DNA from: an uncultured Alkaliflexus sp.
GTDB taxonomy: Bacteria > Bacteroidota > Bacteroidia > Bacteroidales > Marinilabiliaceae
Direction of reading: 5' to 3'
DNA length: 42,643 nt
Assembly (NCBI GenBank): GCA_964544795.1
Contig: CAZJDS010000001.1
Location: 6,472-49,114, forward strand
Shown: positions 1-9,648 of the stretch, piece after piece
Position numbering within the stretch: position 1 is the first letter of the stretch
How the letters are laid out: every line of letters begins with the position of its first letter
The notes under the pieces: generated by a model
What the model saw: the letters and a program-made list of their open reading frames with translations, nothing else
Databases searched by the model: none
What the model was told of the DNA's origin: nothing
Program-made: the position numbers and the translations under genes

Positions 1-264
1 TAGCCAAATTGTCCAACCAGGTATTTGTCTGAAAATTGACCAAATTAAAGAACCTTTATGATTATAGATTATTTTTGGTCCGGGTAGAAAATCCAATTCA
101 ATTTCTGGAAATATTTCTTTAAAAAACTCTGTTAAAGGTGATTCAGTTGCTATAATCACTTTGTAGTTATCATCTAAAAATCTTCTTATTATTGGCACAC
201 AGCGTGTAGCGTGTCCAAGTCCCCAGTTAAGGGGGCAGATGAGTATAGTTTGTTTTTGATTCAA
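1..264 (-). CDS. GT-B glycosyltransferase (GT28/MurG-like, Bacteroidota type), N-terminal part; runs off the window edge
   Basis: Not in the ORF track. Manual translation from TTG at 264 gives MNQKQTILICPLNWGLGHATRCVPII..., open to base 1. LNWGLGHATRC is the typical N-terminal motif of this family. Confidence 0.85.
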   Translation of the reverse strand, partial: MNQKQTILICPLNWGLGHATRCVPIIRRFLDDNYKVIIATESPLTEFFKEIFPEIELDFLPGPKIIYNHKGSLIWSIFRQIPGWTIWL

Positions 265-279
265 TTTTTGATGATTTAA

Positions 280-1059
280 TTATGCCGAAACCTGAGCCTT
301 AATACCCAGCTCACGAACTTTTTGGGCAATCTCCTCCAGTTTTTGTTTCGTTATTTTCTCTAATGTTTTCACAGGTGTGTCACGATCAATTGTGTAAACC
401 ATAACTTCCTTGGGTGCAATTTCTTTTATTAACTTCAACCAAGTTTCCACCTCCTGTGAAGTTGTGTTGTCGATGGTCTTATTTTTGAAGCTTCCTTTTA
501 CAAACAGGGTTTGTATGGTGACTTGGCCTTCGAAACGCTTCAATGCTTCTACTGTTTCTTGTAAATTAAAGGAGCCAACAGGTCGATCCAACAAACAAAT
601 GGTCTCTTCGATGCCTGAATCTAGCTTTTGAATGTTATCATCAATCTTAAGCAATGCATTGAATACTTTTGTAGAGTTAATTTTTGAAGCGTTAGAGAGT
701 ACAGCAATTTTTGCTTTAGGCGCAAATTTATTTCGTAGTTCTATTGTGTCGTCAATTATTTCTGCAAACTCTGGATGAAGTGTGGGCTCTCCGTTTCCTG
801 CAAATGTAATTACATCGGGCAACTTCTTCTCACCGCTCATTTCCTGTAATTTAAGCTCTAAACTTTCTTTAACTATTTTGCTGTTGGGTAGATCTGCTTT
901 GGGGGCATTCTTGTCTGGATTAAAACCACATTCGCAGTAGATACAATCAAATGAGCAAAGTTTTCGATCTGTTGGTAATAGGTTTATACCTAAAGAAATA
1001 CCTAACCGACGACTTGTAACTGGACCGAAAATAATTTTGTCGAATAAAAATGTGGACAT
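280..1059 (-). CDS. Radical SAM Fe-S oxidoreductase (TYW1-like family)
   Basis: CSFDCIYC (CxxxCxxC), GPVTSRRLGISLGINL and TFAGNGEPTLHP motifs. Confidence 0.9.
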   Translation of the reverse strand: MSTFLFDKIIFGPVTSRRLGISLGINLLPTDRKLCSFDCIYCECGFNPDKNAPKADLPNSKIVKESLELKLQEMSGEKKLPDVITFAGNGEPTLHPEFAEIIDDTIELRNKFAPKAKIAVLSNASKINSTKVFNALLKIDDNIQKLDSGIEETICLLDRPVGSFNLQETVEALKRFEGQVTIQTLFVKGSFKNKTIDNTTSQEVETWLKLIKEIAPKEVMVYTIDRDTPVKTLEKITKQKLEEIAQKVRELGIKAQVSA

Positions 1060-1096
1060 CTTTTTTGCTCAAATGTAGCGGTTTTCCTTTAAAGAA

Positions 1097-2464
1097 TCAG
1101 GCCAATGGAAGGACAATTGTAAATTTTGATCCTTTGTTCTCTTCGCTTTCTAAAGTGATGATACCGCCCAGCATCTCTACATATGCTTTGGTGATGGCCA
1201 AACCTAACCCGGCTCCTTGTGTGGGCTTTGATGTTTGGACTTGAATAAACCTTTCAAATATATGTTTTCTTTGATCTATGCTAACTCCGATTCCAGAATC
1301 TTCTATCGAGAGGATGATATTTTCTTTGTTGTGTGCACATTTTATTTTGATGAAGCCTCTATCTGTAAACTTAATGGCGTTTTTAATTAGGTTTGTTAGG
1401 ATGGCCTCTATTTTATCTATATCACTGTATATTTTCAAAGATTGAGAGCATTCTTCAGCATCACAGACGAGTTCTAATCCTTTAAGCTCCATTTCAGGGG
1501 CAAAAAACCTGCAAATATCTTTTATCTTATTGTGGATATTGAAGTAGCTTTTGTTGATTATTACTTGGTTGGCCTCAATTTTTGAAATATCCATTAGGTT
1601 GTTAATTATATGTAAGAGTCGCTCACCACTTTTTTCAATAATTTCGATATAATCCAATTGATCTGCTTTTTTTAAGTTAACTTGCTTCAATAGTTCTGTA
1701 AATCCTAACAGTCCGTTCATTGGGGTGCGAATTTCATGACTCATATTGGCTAAGAATGCACTTTTCAACCGATCGCTTTCTTCTGCTTTTAGTCGTGCCG
1801 TTTTGTGTTGTTCTATTTCATGTTCTAAACGGCGGTTAACTTCTTTTTCTGACTCTATTTGTTTTTCAAGCGCTTTTGAGAGCGATGAGATAGCAATAAT
1901 GAGAATCAAGTTTATAAGGATGTAGTTGAGTGCAATGATGGTTGCGGGAACAGTACCAATAGTAAGTAAAGGAAGACTTTTGAAAAAATTAAAACTTGAT
2001 CCTATGATTAGTATCGAAAGGATCAAAATATTTCCCAATAGCGTGATGACACCAGCCAACCTGTTGATAAGTAAAGCATTAAGTACTGAAAAGCTGAGCA
2101 GATATATCAATCCAGGACCTACCCAACCTAAATAGTACAGTAGAATCAATCCTAAAGAATAGAAACTGAGGAGAATGATTGTTTTTTTATAGCGTATTTT
2201 TTTTGAAGGAACGCACAGCACTAAAAACAGAATAAGAACAGCAAAAATGTCGAAGAAGGCAACTATGTATAGCTTCTCTTGAATTGAAATGATAACGCTT
2301 GGAATGCACACAAAAATGGAAAGTGGCAGTATGTAGATCATTAAATCTGCCAAAAATTGTGCTTGCCATAATTGCAAAGGAGTAATGGTAGAGTAATCAG
2401 ATGGGAGCATCTTTTCCTTTATGAAACTTCGATAGTGCCATAATATGGAGTTAATCTTATCCAT
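1097..2464 (-). CDS. Membrane sensor histidine kinase (multi-TM N-terminus, HisKA, HATPase_c; no receiver)
   Basis: H-box FLANMSHEIRTPMNG, N-box NLIKNAIKFT, G1 DSGIG, G2 GAGLGL; about six hydrophobic segments at the N-terminus. Confidence 0.92.
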   Translation of the reverse strand: MDKINSILWHYRSFIKEKMLPSDYSTITPLQLWQAQFLADLMIYILPLSIFVCIPSVIISIQEKLYIVAFFDIFAVLILFLVLCVPSKKIRYKKTIILLSFYSLGLILLYYLGWVGPGLIYLLSFSVLNALLINRLAGVITLLGNILILSILIIGSSFNFFKSLPLLTIGTVPATIIALNYILINLILIIAISSLSKALEKQIESEKEVNRRLEHEIEQHKTARLKAEESDRLKSAFLANMSHEIRTPMNGLLGFTELLKQVNLKKADQLDYIEIIEKSGERLLHIINNLMDISKIEANQVIINKSYFNIHNKIKDICRFFAPEMELKGLELVCDAEECSQSLKIYSDIDKIEAILTNLIKNAIKFTDRGFIKIKCAHNKENIILSIEDSGIGVSIDQRKHIFERFIQVQTSKPTQGAGLGLAITKAYVEMLGGIITLESEENKGSKFTIVLPLA

Positions 2465-2657
2465 AACTACTGTTTATTTCGTGCTAACTACTTGTTGGTG
2501 TTGTTATTAACCATTTGTATTATTAGTTCTATAATTATTCTTCATCTAATATCCCCTCTGCTTACGCATTATATTTAACCTGCTTGCTGTTTTTTTTACT
2601 CACTTGTCGGAAACTAAAACCCCATTTAATACTTGTACTGGTTTATTCTGATTTTGT

Positions 2658-2665
2658 TATCTTTG
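2658..2665 (+). promoter_or_regulatory. Bacteroidota sigma-A -7 element upstream of holB
   Basis: TATCTTTG matches TAnnTTTG, 22 nt before the holB ATG. Confidence 0.6.
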
Positions 2666-2687
2666 ACAAGATAAAAATGATTGTAGA

Positions 2688-3809
2688 ATGCTTTTTAAAG
2701 ATATAGTTGGCCAACAAGAAATTAAGTCTCATTTAATTCGGATGGTTGAAGAGGAGCGTGTGAGTCATGCGCAGCTTTTTTCAGGATTAGAAGGAGTGGG
2801 GTCTTTGCCTATGGCTTTGGCTTTAGCTCAATATCTAAATTGCTTAAATCCTACCCAAGATGATTCTTGCGGAGAGTGCAGTTCATGCATAAAAGCTGCA
2901 AAACTAATTCATCCCGATATTCATTTTGTGTTTCCAGTAGTTAAAGAAGGCAATAACACCCCTTTTAGTGATGACTTTATAGCCAATTGGAGATCGCAAG
3001 TTTTAAAAACCCCCTATTTTAGTTTAGATCAGTGGTTGAACCAGATAACGGCTACCAAGAAAGCAGGGATGATCTATGCTGAGGAGAGCAGCGCCGTATT
3101 CAGAAAATTAAGTATGAAGAACTTTGAAGGGCGGCATAAAGTTATGATTATTTGGCTTCCTGAACGTATGAATGAAACTGGTGCCAATAAGTTGCTTAAG
3201 CTTTTAGAAGAACCTCCACAAAGCACTGTCTTTATTCTTGTTTCAGAAAACCCAGCTTTACTTTTACCCACCATTTTATCGCGTACCCAACAGTTGCATT
3301 TTCCAGCTATTAAAACGGAGGATGTGGCAGCTTGTCTCTCTGAAAAGTATCATATTCCTAATGACCAAGTATTGGTGGCAGCCCGATTGGCGCGGGGGAA
3401 TTTTGCGCAAGCTCTGATAAATCTTAATTTGTTAGAAGAAAAATCAGCCTATTTTGAACTGTTTGCTGATATGATGCGTTCTGTTTATTCAAGGAAAATA
3501 TTTGAAGTGGCTCGATGGGTGGATGAGGTAGCGCCTTTGTCCCGGGATAAACAAAAAGGGTATTTGGATTATTCTATTAATATGCTTCGCGAAAGTTTTA
3601 TCTTTAACTTTCAGCATGCCGACTTGAATTTTTTAAACCCACACGAAAATGATTTTGTGCAAAAGTTTTCACGTTTTATAAACTTGGAAAATGTTGCACC
3701 CATGGTGAATGAATTAGAACTGGCCCATGCCCATATTGAGCAAAATGGGAATGCACGCATGGTTTTGTTCGACACTATGATTAAAATAATTCCTCTATTT
3801 AAGGCTTGA
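2688..3809 (+). CDS. holB: DNA polymerase III subunit delta-prime
   Basis: SHAQLF, zinc motif C..DSCGECSSC, HPDIHF, NKLLKLLEEPP, PTILSRTQ. Confidence 0.93.
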   Translation: MLFKDIVGQQEIKSHLIRMVEEERVSHAQLFSGLEGVGSLPMALALAQYLNCLNPTQDDSCGECSSCIKAAKLIHPDIHFVFPVVKEGNNTPFSDDFIANWRSQVLKTPYFSLDQWLNQITATKKAGMIYAEESSAVFRKLSMKNFEGRHKVMIIWLPERMNETGANKLLKLLEEPPQSTVFILVSENPALLLPTILSRTQQLHFPAIKTEDVAACLSEKYHIPNDQVLVAARLARGNFAQALINLNLLEEKSAYFELFADMMRSVYSRKIFEVARWVDEVAPLSRDKQKGYLDYSINMLRESFIFNFQHADLNFLNPHENDFVQKFSRFINLENVAPMVNELELAHAHIEQNGNARMVLFDTMIKIIPLFKA

Positions 3810-3899
3810 TTGTTTTGCCTTTTGGAGGAGTTTTTCTTCCCTTTTTAGGGAAATTTCAATATATAACCAGTGCCACATAGCACTATAAACTTTTTGTAC

Positions 3900-5069
3900 A
3901 TGGAAACAGATATAAAAGAACCAGAATTCTCAAGTAAATGTAGTACTTGTAATGATAGATGCGGAAAGCTTGAGGTTTTTGATTGGTTGAGTGATCTACC
4001 AGATTTACCCGATGAAACCGATATTGTTGAAGTTCAATTTAAAAATACACGTAAAGCTTTTTATAAAAACACCAGTCAAACCCGCTTATTAAAAGGAGAT
4101 GTGGTAGCAGTTGAAGCTTCACCAGGACACGATATAGGAATAGTAACTCTCACTGGTGAGTTGGTGCTTTTGCAAATGAAAAAGAACAATCTTTCTCCTT
4201 CCAGTTATGAGTTTAAAAGAGTGTATAGGAAAGCAAAACCCGTGGATTTGGAGAAATGGGAAGAGGCCAAAGTACTGGAAAAAGAAACGATGTTAGAGTC
4301 ACGCACTCATGCACAACGTATGGGTTTAGATATGAAAATTGGTGACGTAGAGTATCAAGGGGACTGCACCAAAGCTATTTTCTACTACATTGCTGATGAA
4401 CGGGTCGATTTTCGTGAACTAATTAAAGTCTTGGCTGATCGGTTTAAAGTACGTATTGAAATGCGCCAAATTGGTGCTCGTCAAGAAGCTGGCCGAATTG
4501 GAGGAATAGGTCCATGTGGTAGAGAGCTCTGTTGTAGCACATGGCTCACCAACTTCAAATCGGTTACCACCAATGCAGCTCGTTATCAAGAAATCTCGTT
4601 GAACCCGCAAAAGCTTGCTGGTCAATGCGGAAAATTAAAATGTTGTCTCAACTATGAACTGGATTCTTATTTAGATGCTCAACAGGATTTTCCCAATACC
4701 GCTATTCCATTAGAAACCGATGAAGGAACTTACCATCATTTTAAAACCGACGTGTTTAAACGGTTGATGTGGTTCTCTTCTGGTCGTGAAAATGGAGGGA
4801 AAGTTGTAATGCTTTCGGTGGATAAGGTAAATGAGATTATTGCTTTAAACAAGAAAGGCAAGCGGGTGATGAAGGTGGTAGATGAAACGCCAATGATGGA
4901 AGCACCAAAAGATGCTGGATATAGTAACGTAGTAGCTGAAGAGAGCTTAACTCGTTTTGATGACTCCAAGCCTAAACCAAAAAGCACCAATAAACGACGG
5001 AAAAAACGTCGTCCATCAAATCGTAACAGATCGGATGGAAGAAATCAAAATAAGAAAAATGAATCATAA
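3900..5069 (+). CDS. PSP1/YaaT (RicT-like) Fe-S family protein
   Basis: GGIGPCGRELCCSTWL and KLAGQCGKLKCCLNYE motifs; usual position between holB and gldH. ATG at 3900 preferred over GTG at 3870. Confidence 0.9.
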   Translation: METDIKEPEFSSKCSTCNDRCGKLEVFDWLSDLPDLPDETDIVEVQFKNTRKAFYKNTSQTRLLKGDVVAVEASPGHDIGIVTLTGELVLLQMKKNNLSPSSYEFKRVYRKAKPVDLEKWEEAKVLEKETMLESRTHAQRMGLDMKIGDVEYQGDCTKAIFYYIADERVDFRELIKVLADRFKVRIEMRQIGARQEAGRIGGIGPCGRELCCSTWLTNFKSVTTNAARYQEISLNPQKLAGQCGKLKCCLNYELDSYLDAQQDFPNTAIPLETDEGTYHHFKTDVFKRLMWFSSGRENGGKVVMLSVDKVNEIIALNKKGKRVMKVVDETPMMEAPKDAGYSNVVAEESLTRFDDSKPKPKSTNKRRKKRRPSNRNRSDGRNQNKKNES

Positions 5070-5511
5070 GTTGCTCATAATGTTTGTTTTGCTGACTTTG
5101 GTGGCATGTGCTCCAAAATTGAAGTACGAAGGCACAACAGATTTTGGTTCTGAAGGTTGGCATAAAGATAGTTTAGCTATTTTCGACGTATCCGTTATGG
5201 ATACGTCGGAAGTGCTCACCATCGGATTAACCTTGCAACACGGGAAGAAATACGCCTACAGTAATGTTTGGCTTTTCATCTCTGTTGCAGACGAAGCTGG
5301 TGTTGTTGTTCGTGATACTTTGGAGTTTTTTGTTGCACGACCCAATGGAAATTGGTTGGGTAAAAAGAAGAAGAATGGATACGAAGTTAGCGCTATTTAT
5401 AAACAGGGAGTTCGAATGAAGCACTTGGGTTTTTACCGATTTTCTATTGGTCAGGGTATGCGCGAAGATCTCTTGAGAGATATTAACTCCGTTGAGCTTT
5501 GGGTGCAGTGA
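5059..5511 (+). CDS. gldH: Gliding motility lipoprotein GldH
   Basis: From ATG 5059: signal peptide with lipobox LVAC, then GWHKDS, YAYSNVWLF, DTLEF, GNWLG, QGMR; follows PSP1. Confidence 0.88.
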   Translation: MNHKLLIMFVLLTLVACAPKLKYEGTTDFGSEGWHKDSLAIFDVSVMDTSEVLTIGLTLQHGKKYAYSNVWLFISVADEAGVVVRDTLEFFVARPNGNWLGKKKKNGYEVSAIYKQGVRMKHLGFYRFSIGQGMREDLLRDINSVELWVQ

Positions 5512-5553
5512 AGTTATAATCAATTAGGTTATTAATTATTTAGGAGCTTTTTT

Positions 5554-6306
5554 GTGGCAAAGAATAAATTGAAGAAGTTTGCGGAAATGGATGAGTTTCC
5601 CCATGTGATTCAGGCTGATTTTGATGAGGTATTCCGCAATGACTACAAACTTAAAGGAAAATGGTCGGAATCCTTTTTTAAAAACAATCATCCTTTAGTT
5701 CTCGAATTGGGTTGTGGAAAAGGGGAATACAGCGTAGGACTTGCACAAAAGTTTCCCAATAAGAACTTTATTGGTGCTGATATCAAGGGCTATCGAATGC
5801 ATAAAGGAGCATCCCAGGCTTACAATGAAGGACTTAAAAATGTTGCTTTTATCCGTACTCGAATAGAGCTGATTGAGTCTTTTTTTGCCCCTAATGAAGT
5901 GGATGAAATTTGGCTCACTTTTCCCGATCCTCAAATGAAAAGAGCGAGGAGAAGATTAACTGCCACTCGATTCCTAAATTCTTATGTGAATATTTTGAAA
6001 CCTGATGGGATTGTTCATCTAAAAACCGACAGTAATTTTCAATATACCTATACGCAAGCCATGGCTGAGGTGAATGGGTTAACTGTTTTGAATAATTTCA
6101 GTGATTTATACAATAGTGGGTTTGCGGATGAGATATTGTCCATACAGACCTATTATGAGTCACGATTTATGGAACATGATATTCCCATCAAATATTTTAG
6201 TTTTCTTTTGGATGGAGCAACTCCCTTGATTGAACCCGATGTAGAAATTCCGTTTGACGATTATCGTAATTCTGGTCGAAGTGTGAAATTTAATGAGGAT
6301 GTCTAA
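5554..6306 (+). CDS. trmB: tRNA (guanine-N7) methyltransferase
   Basis: LELGCGKGEY, WLTFPDPQ, HLKTDS motifs. Confidence 0.95.
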   Translation: MAKNKLKKFAEMDEFPHVIQADFDEVFRNDYKLKGKWSESFFKNNHPLVLELGCGKGEYSVGLAQKFPNKNFIGADIKGYRMHKGASQAYNEGLKNVAFIRTRIELIESFFAPNEVDEIWLTFPDPQMKRARRRLTATRFLNSYVNILKPDGIVHLKTDSNFQYTYTQAMAEVNGLTVLNNFSDLYNSGFADEILSIQTYYESRFMEHDIPIKYFSFLLDGATPLIEPDVEIPFDDYRNSGRSVKFNEDV

Positions 6307-6649
6307 GATTAAAAACATAGAAAACGATCAAAGCTTTTTCGATAAAGTCTATGAAGTCGTTCGACTGATTCCACATGGCAGAGTCACTTCTTATGGCGCC
6401 ATCGCCAGTTGTATTGGCTCACCTGGCGCAGCTCGAATGGTCGGTTGGGCATTGAATCAATCAGAAGGTATTACCCCATTTGTTCCTGCACATAGAGTGG
6501 TGAATAGGAACGGTGTTTTGACAGGCAAGCATCATTTCGCAGGCGGTGAGACAATGAAAGAAATGCTCGAAAGCGAAAGTGTAAAGATCGCTGACGACCT
6601 GGTAGTTGATTTTGAGATGCTATTTTGGAATCCTCAAAATGAACTATAA
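6299..6649 (+). CDS. MGMT-family alkyltransferase-like (ATL) protein
   Basis: IPHGRVTSYGAIA, ARMVGWAL; active-site motif is PAHRV rather than PCHRV. Start at 6293 or 6299. Confidence 0.88.
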   Translation: MSKIKNIENDQSFFDKVYEVVRLIPHGRVTSYGAIASCIGSPGAARMVGWALNQSEGITPFVPAHRVVNRNGVLTGKHHFAGGETMKEMLESESVKIADDLVVDFEMLFWNPQNEL

Positions 6650-6742
6650 GAATAACTGATCTCTTTATCTCCTTTTATACATATATCATTTTTAACTCTC
6701 AGTTTGTTTTACACATTATTTTGTTATCCATCCTCTTTATAG

Positions 6743-6750
6743 TACTTTTG
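6743..6750 (+). promoter_or_regulatory. Sigma-A -7 element upstream of mrp
   Basis: TACTTTTG, with a TTTG (-33-like) element at about 6720-6723. Confidence 0.6.
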
Positions 6751-6784
6751 TACTTATGTTTAAGGAGTTTAAATAAGATTAGTG

Positions 6785-7894
6785 ATGAGTTATTATCCCA
6801 ATTTAGTTGTAGATGCATTGCGTCATGTTATCCATCCCGAAAAAGCCAAAGATATAGTTTCTCTTGAAATGGTGGAAGACGATATTCGAATCGAGGGCAA
6901 GCGTATAAGCTTCTCTTTGTTGTTCGATCGTGCTACCGATCCGATGATTAAACCGATCAGGCGTGCTGCGGTTCAGGCAATTAAAACCCATGTGGGTGAG
7001 GATGTTGAAATTGAAGGTAACATCTATATCAAAGTGAAGAAGCGGCAGGTAAAAGAGAGTGGAAAAGTACTTCCTGAAGTGAAGAATGTTATCGCAATCG
7101 CTTCTGGTAAAGGAGGAGTAGGAAAATCAACCATCACCAGCAATTTGGCGGTTGCCTTAGCCCAAAAAGGCTATAAAGTTGGGCTTTTGGATGCTGATAT
7201 ATATGGTCCTTCCATGCCTAAAATGTTTGGCACCGAAGATGCTCGACCGGTGTTAGAAAAGGTGAACGGACAAGATAAGATTACCCCTGTAGAGAAATAT
7301 GGGGTTAAAATGTTGAGTATCGGGTATTTTGTAAATCCCGATGACGCCCTTGTTTGGAGAGGTGCTATGGCTACAGGTGCATTAAAACAGCTCATTAGCG
7401 ATGGGTTATGGGGAGAATTGGATTATCTCTTGTTAGATCTTCCTCCAGGGACCAGTGATATTCATCTCACTTTGGTTCAAACCTTGGCTATTACAGGGGC
7501 TGTCGTTGTTAGTACACCTCAAGAAGTGGCTTTGGCAGATGCGCGGAAAGGAATCTCCATGTTTCAGGGTGAGCAGATTAATGTTCCAGTTCTTGGGCTG
7601 GTTGAAAATATGGCTTGGTTCACACCTGCAGAACTCCCCGACAATAAATACTATATTTTTGGACAGGACGGCTGTAAACGGTTGGCTGAATCTATGGATG
7701 TCCCTTTGTTGGGACAAATTCCCATTGTACAAAGTATCCGAGAAGGTGGCGACGCTGGTTCTCCTTCTGCATTGGATACCGATAGTGTTATAGGTCGTGC
7801 TTTTCATGAGCTGGCCGACTCTGTTGTGGCGTCTGTTGAAAAAAGAAATCAAGAGCTTCCTGCTACAAAGATTGTAGAGGTTACTCGTAAATAA
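6785..7894 (+). CDS. mrp: Mrp/NBP35 (ApbC) Fe-S cluster carrier ATPase
   Basis: SGKGGVGKST, DADIYGPS, DLPPGTSD, VENMAWF; N-terminal MIP18-like domain. Confidence 0.93.
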   Translation: MSYYPNLVVDALRHVIHPEKAKDIVSLEMVEDDIRIEGKRISFSLLFDRATDPMIKPIRRAAVQAIKTHVGEDVEIEGNIYIKVKKRQVKESGKVLPEVKNVIAIASGKGGVGKSTITSNLAVALAQKGYKVGLLDADIYGPSMPKMFGTEDARPVLEKVNGQDKITPVEKYGVKMLSIGYFVNPDDALVWRGAMATGALKQLISDGLWGELDYLLLDLPPGTSDIHLTLVQTLAITGAVVVSTPQEVALADARKGISMFQGEQINVPVLGLVENMAWFTPAELPDNKYYIFGQDGCKRLAESMDVPLLGQIPIVQSIREGGDAGSPSALDTDSVIGRAFHELADSVVASVEKRNQELPATKIVEVTRK

Positions 7895-7924
7895 TTAAGA
7901 TCACATCAATTCAAAATTATATGT

Positions 7925-8161
7925 ATGGATAAAAATGAAGTCATGGAGCTGGTGAAAGAGGCTCTGGAATCTATTCGTCCTTATTTGCAGGCAGATGGTG
8001 GCGACATATCCATTGTTGAGATTACCGACGACTGGGTGGTAAAAGTTCAGTTGGAAGGTGCTTGCGACGGGTGCCCTATGAGTGTACAGACCATGAAGAA
8101 TGGTGTTGAGATGGTTATTAAAACCAAAGTTCCTTTTATTAAGGAAGTTGTTGCCGTATAA
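7925..8161 (+). CDS. NifU/Nfu-type Fe-S scaffold domain protein
   Basis: IRPYLQADGGDI and GACDGCP motifs. Confidence 0.93.
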   Translation: MDKNEVMELVKEALESIRPYLQADGGDISIVEITDDWVVKVQLEGACDGCPMSVQTMKNGVEMVIKTKVPFIKEVVAV

Positions 8162-8184
8162 CAATCACTTTCCGCTGAATTATT

Positions 8185-9402
8185 TTAGAAAGCTGCCAAC
8201 AAAAGCCCAATATCGTTGGAAGGAATGGCGAATTGTTGTCCAATATCGTTGTTTGTAAGTATCCCTTTGTAGATATAGGTGCCATTACAGATAGTCCTGT
8301 TTTGCTTAATAAGTGGATGAATTCCGCCCGATTCACCTAATTTTAATAGAATGGGTGTAAAGATATTACTCAATGCTATGGAGGCGGTTCTCGACACTCT
8401 TGAGGATAGATTGGGCAAAGAGTAATGTACAATACCTCTCTTATTTATATATGGGTGGTTGGTATGACTTTTCTCTGTGGACTCGAAGCATCCTCCTTTT
8501 CCTACGCTTAAATCAATAATCACCGATCCAGGTTTCATTTTTGCTATCTGCTCTTTGGTAATAAAAAACTTATTATGGGCCTCAAAATATCTAAGACTGG
8601 CCACCACAGCATCGGCAGATTCGAGTGCTTTGGAGAGCAACTGTGGATGTAATATGGAAGTATAGAGTCGCTGACCCACATTACGCTCCAAATCACGTAA
8701 GTTTTGGTAAGAATCATCAAATACTTTTATCTGACATCCCAGTCCCAGAGCTGCTCGGGTAGCAAATTCGCCAGCAGTACCTGCACCAATAATTACAACA
8801 TTAGCAGGTGATACTCCTGTGATTCCTCCTAATAACACTCCTTTTCCACCATGAGCTTTGCTCAAATATTCTGATGCGATATTAATGGCAGTGTAGCCCT
8901 CTATTTCGCTCATGGTTCTAATGACCGGATATCCGCCTGTATCATCTTTTAAAAATTCGTAGGCTACAGCGTTGATGCGCCGTTTCATAAGTTTGAGAAT
9001 GGCCTCCTTGGATTGTCCAGGCATGTATAGAAAAGACATCAACAGCTGCTCTTGGCTCATTAGAGACATTTCCGAAAGGGTGGGAGGAGATATTTTTAAA
9101 ATGACCTCGCTTTGTTTGTACACCTCCTCTTTGGTGGGAGCTATAATGGCTCCAGAAGCAGAAAAATCGTGGTCAAAATAGTTGGCAGCATCGCCAGCTC
9201 CTTTTTCTATAATCACTTTATGCCCGTTGTCCACCAACAGTTCTACGCCTTGTGGTGTAAGTGCAACACGGTTTTCCAATAACGTATTTTCAGATGGCAG
9301 ACCTATAGTTACAGCGTGGTGTTGTCTCTTTGTTTCCAACATCTCTTCACGGGGCATAATTTGAGTCTGCCGAATGGCAAAATATGAAGCGGTTCTATCC
9401 AT
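8185..9402 (-). CDS. ald: Alanine dehydrogenase/PNT-family protein (divergent Bacteroidota type)
   Basis: ENRVALTP, GGKGVLLGG, GAGTAG Rossmann motif, MKPGSVIID..GGCFE, RTASIALSN. Confidence 0.8.
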   Translation of the reverse strand: MDRTASYFAIRQTQIMPREEMLETKRQHHAVTIGLPSENTLLENRVALTPQGVELLVDNGHKVIIEKGAGDAANYFDHDFSASGAIIAPTKEEVYKQSEVILKISPPTLSEMSLMSQEQLLMSFLYMPGQSKEAILKLMKRRINAVAYEFLKDDTGGYPVIRTMSEIEGYTAINIASEYLSKAHGGKGVLLGGITGVSPANVVIIGAGTAGEFATRAALGLGCQIKVFDDSYQNLRDLERNVGQRLYTSILHPQLLSKALESADAVVASLRYFEAHNKFFITKEQIAKMKPGSVIIDLSVGKGGCFESTEKSHTNHPYINKRGIVHYSLPNLSSRVSRTASIALSNIFTPILLKLGESGGIHPLIKQNRTICNGTYIYKGILTNNDIGQQFAIPSNDIGLLLAAF

Positions 9403-9648
9403 TGTGACAAACGATTTACTTATCTGATTCCTATCATTGAATTATTACTAATAAGTACATATGCCTGAGCGGTTGAGGCGAATGTGGAATTGTTTTTTTG
9501 AGCAATTCGTAAAGCCAAATTACTAAAAATATAGTGAAGCACCCAAATCAATAAAAATTAGAAGCGTTTGAAGATCAATTTTGCTCCGAAATGGCTCCTT
9601 ATAACGCATTTAATGATGTTTAATTACTCGGAACAAATTCAAATTAAT

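Noticed and set aside
2464-2492. Direct repeat TAACTACT at 2464 and 2485 next to the kinase start
   Set aside because: Only two short AT-rich copies; indistinguishable from chance without conservation data.
3837-3852. Hairpin TTCCCT-TTTT-AGGGAA between holB and PSP1
   Set aside because: Six-bp weak stem with no clear U-tract; not enough to call a terminator.
4957-5058. Long 5' extension of the gldH ORF overlapping PSP1
   Set aside because: The lipoprotein signal begins at ATG 5059; the extension is an ORF-caller artefact.
9523-9609. 28-codon minus-strand ORF (MRYKEPFRSK...) in the tsaE-ald gap, or an ncRNA there
   Set aside because: No recognisable motif or stable structure; cannot be supported from sequence alone.
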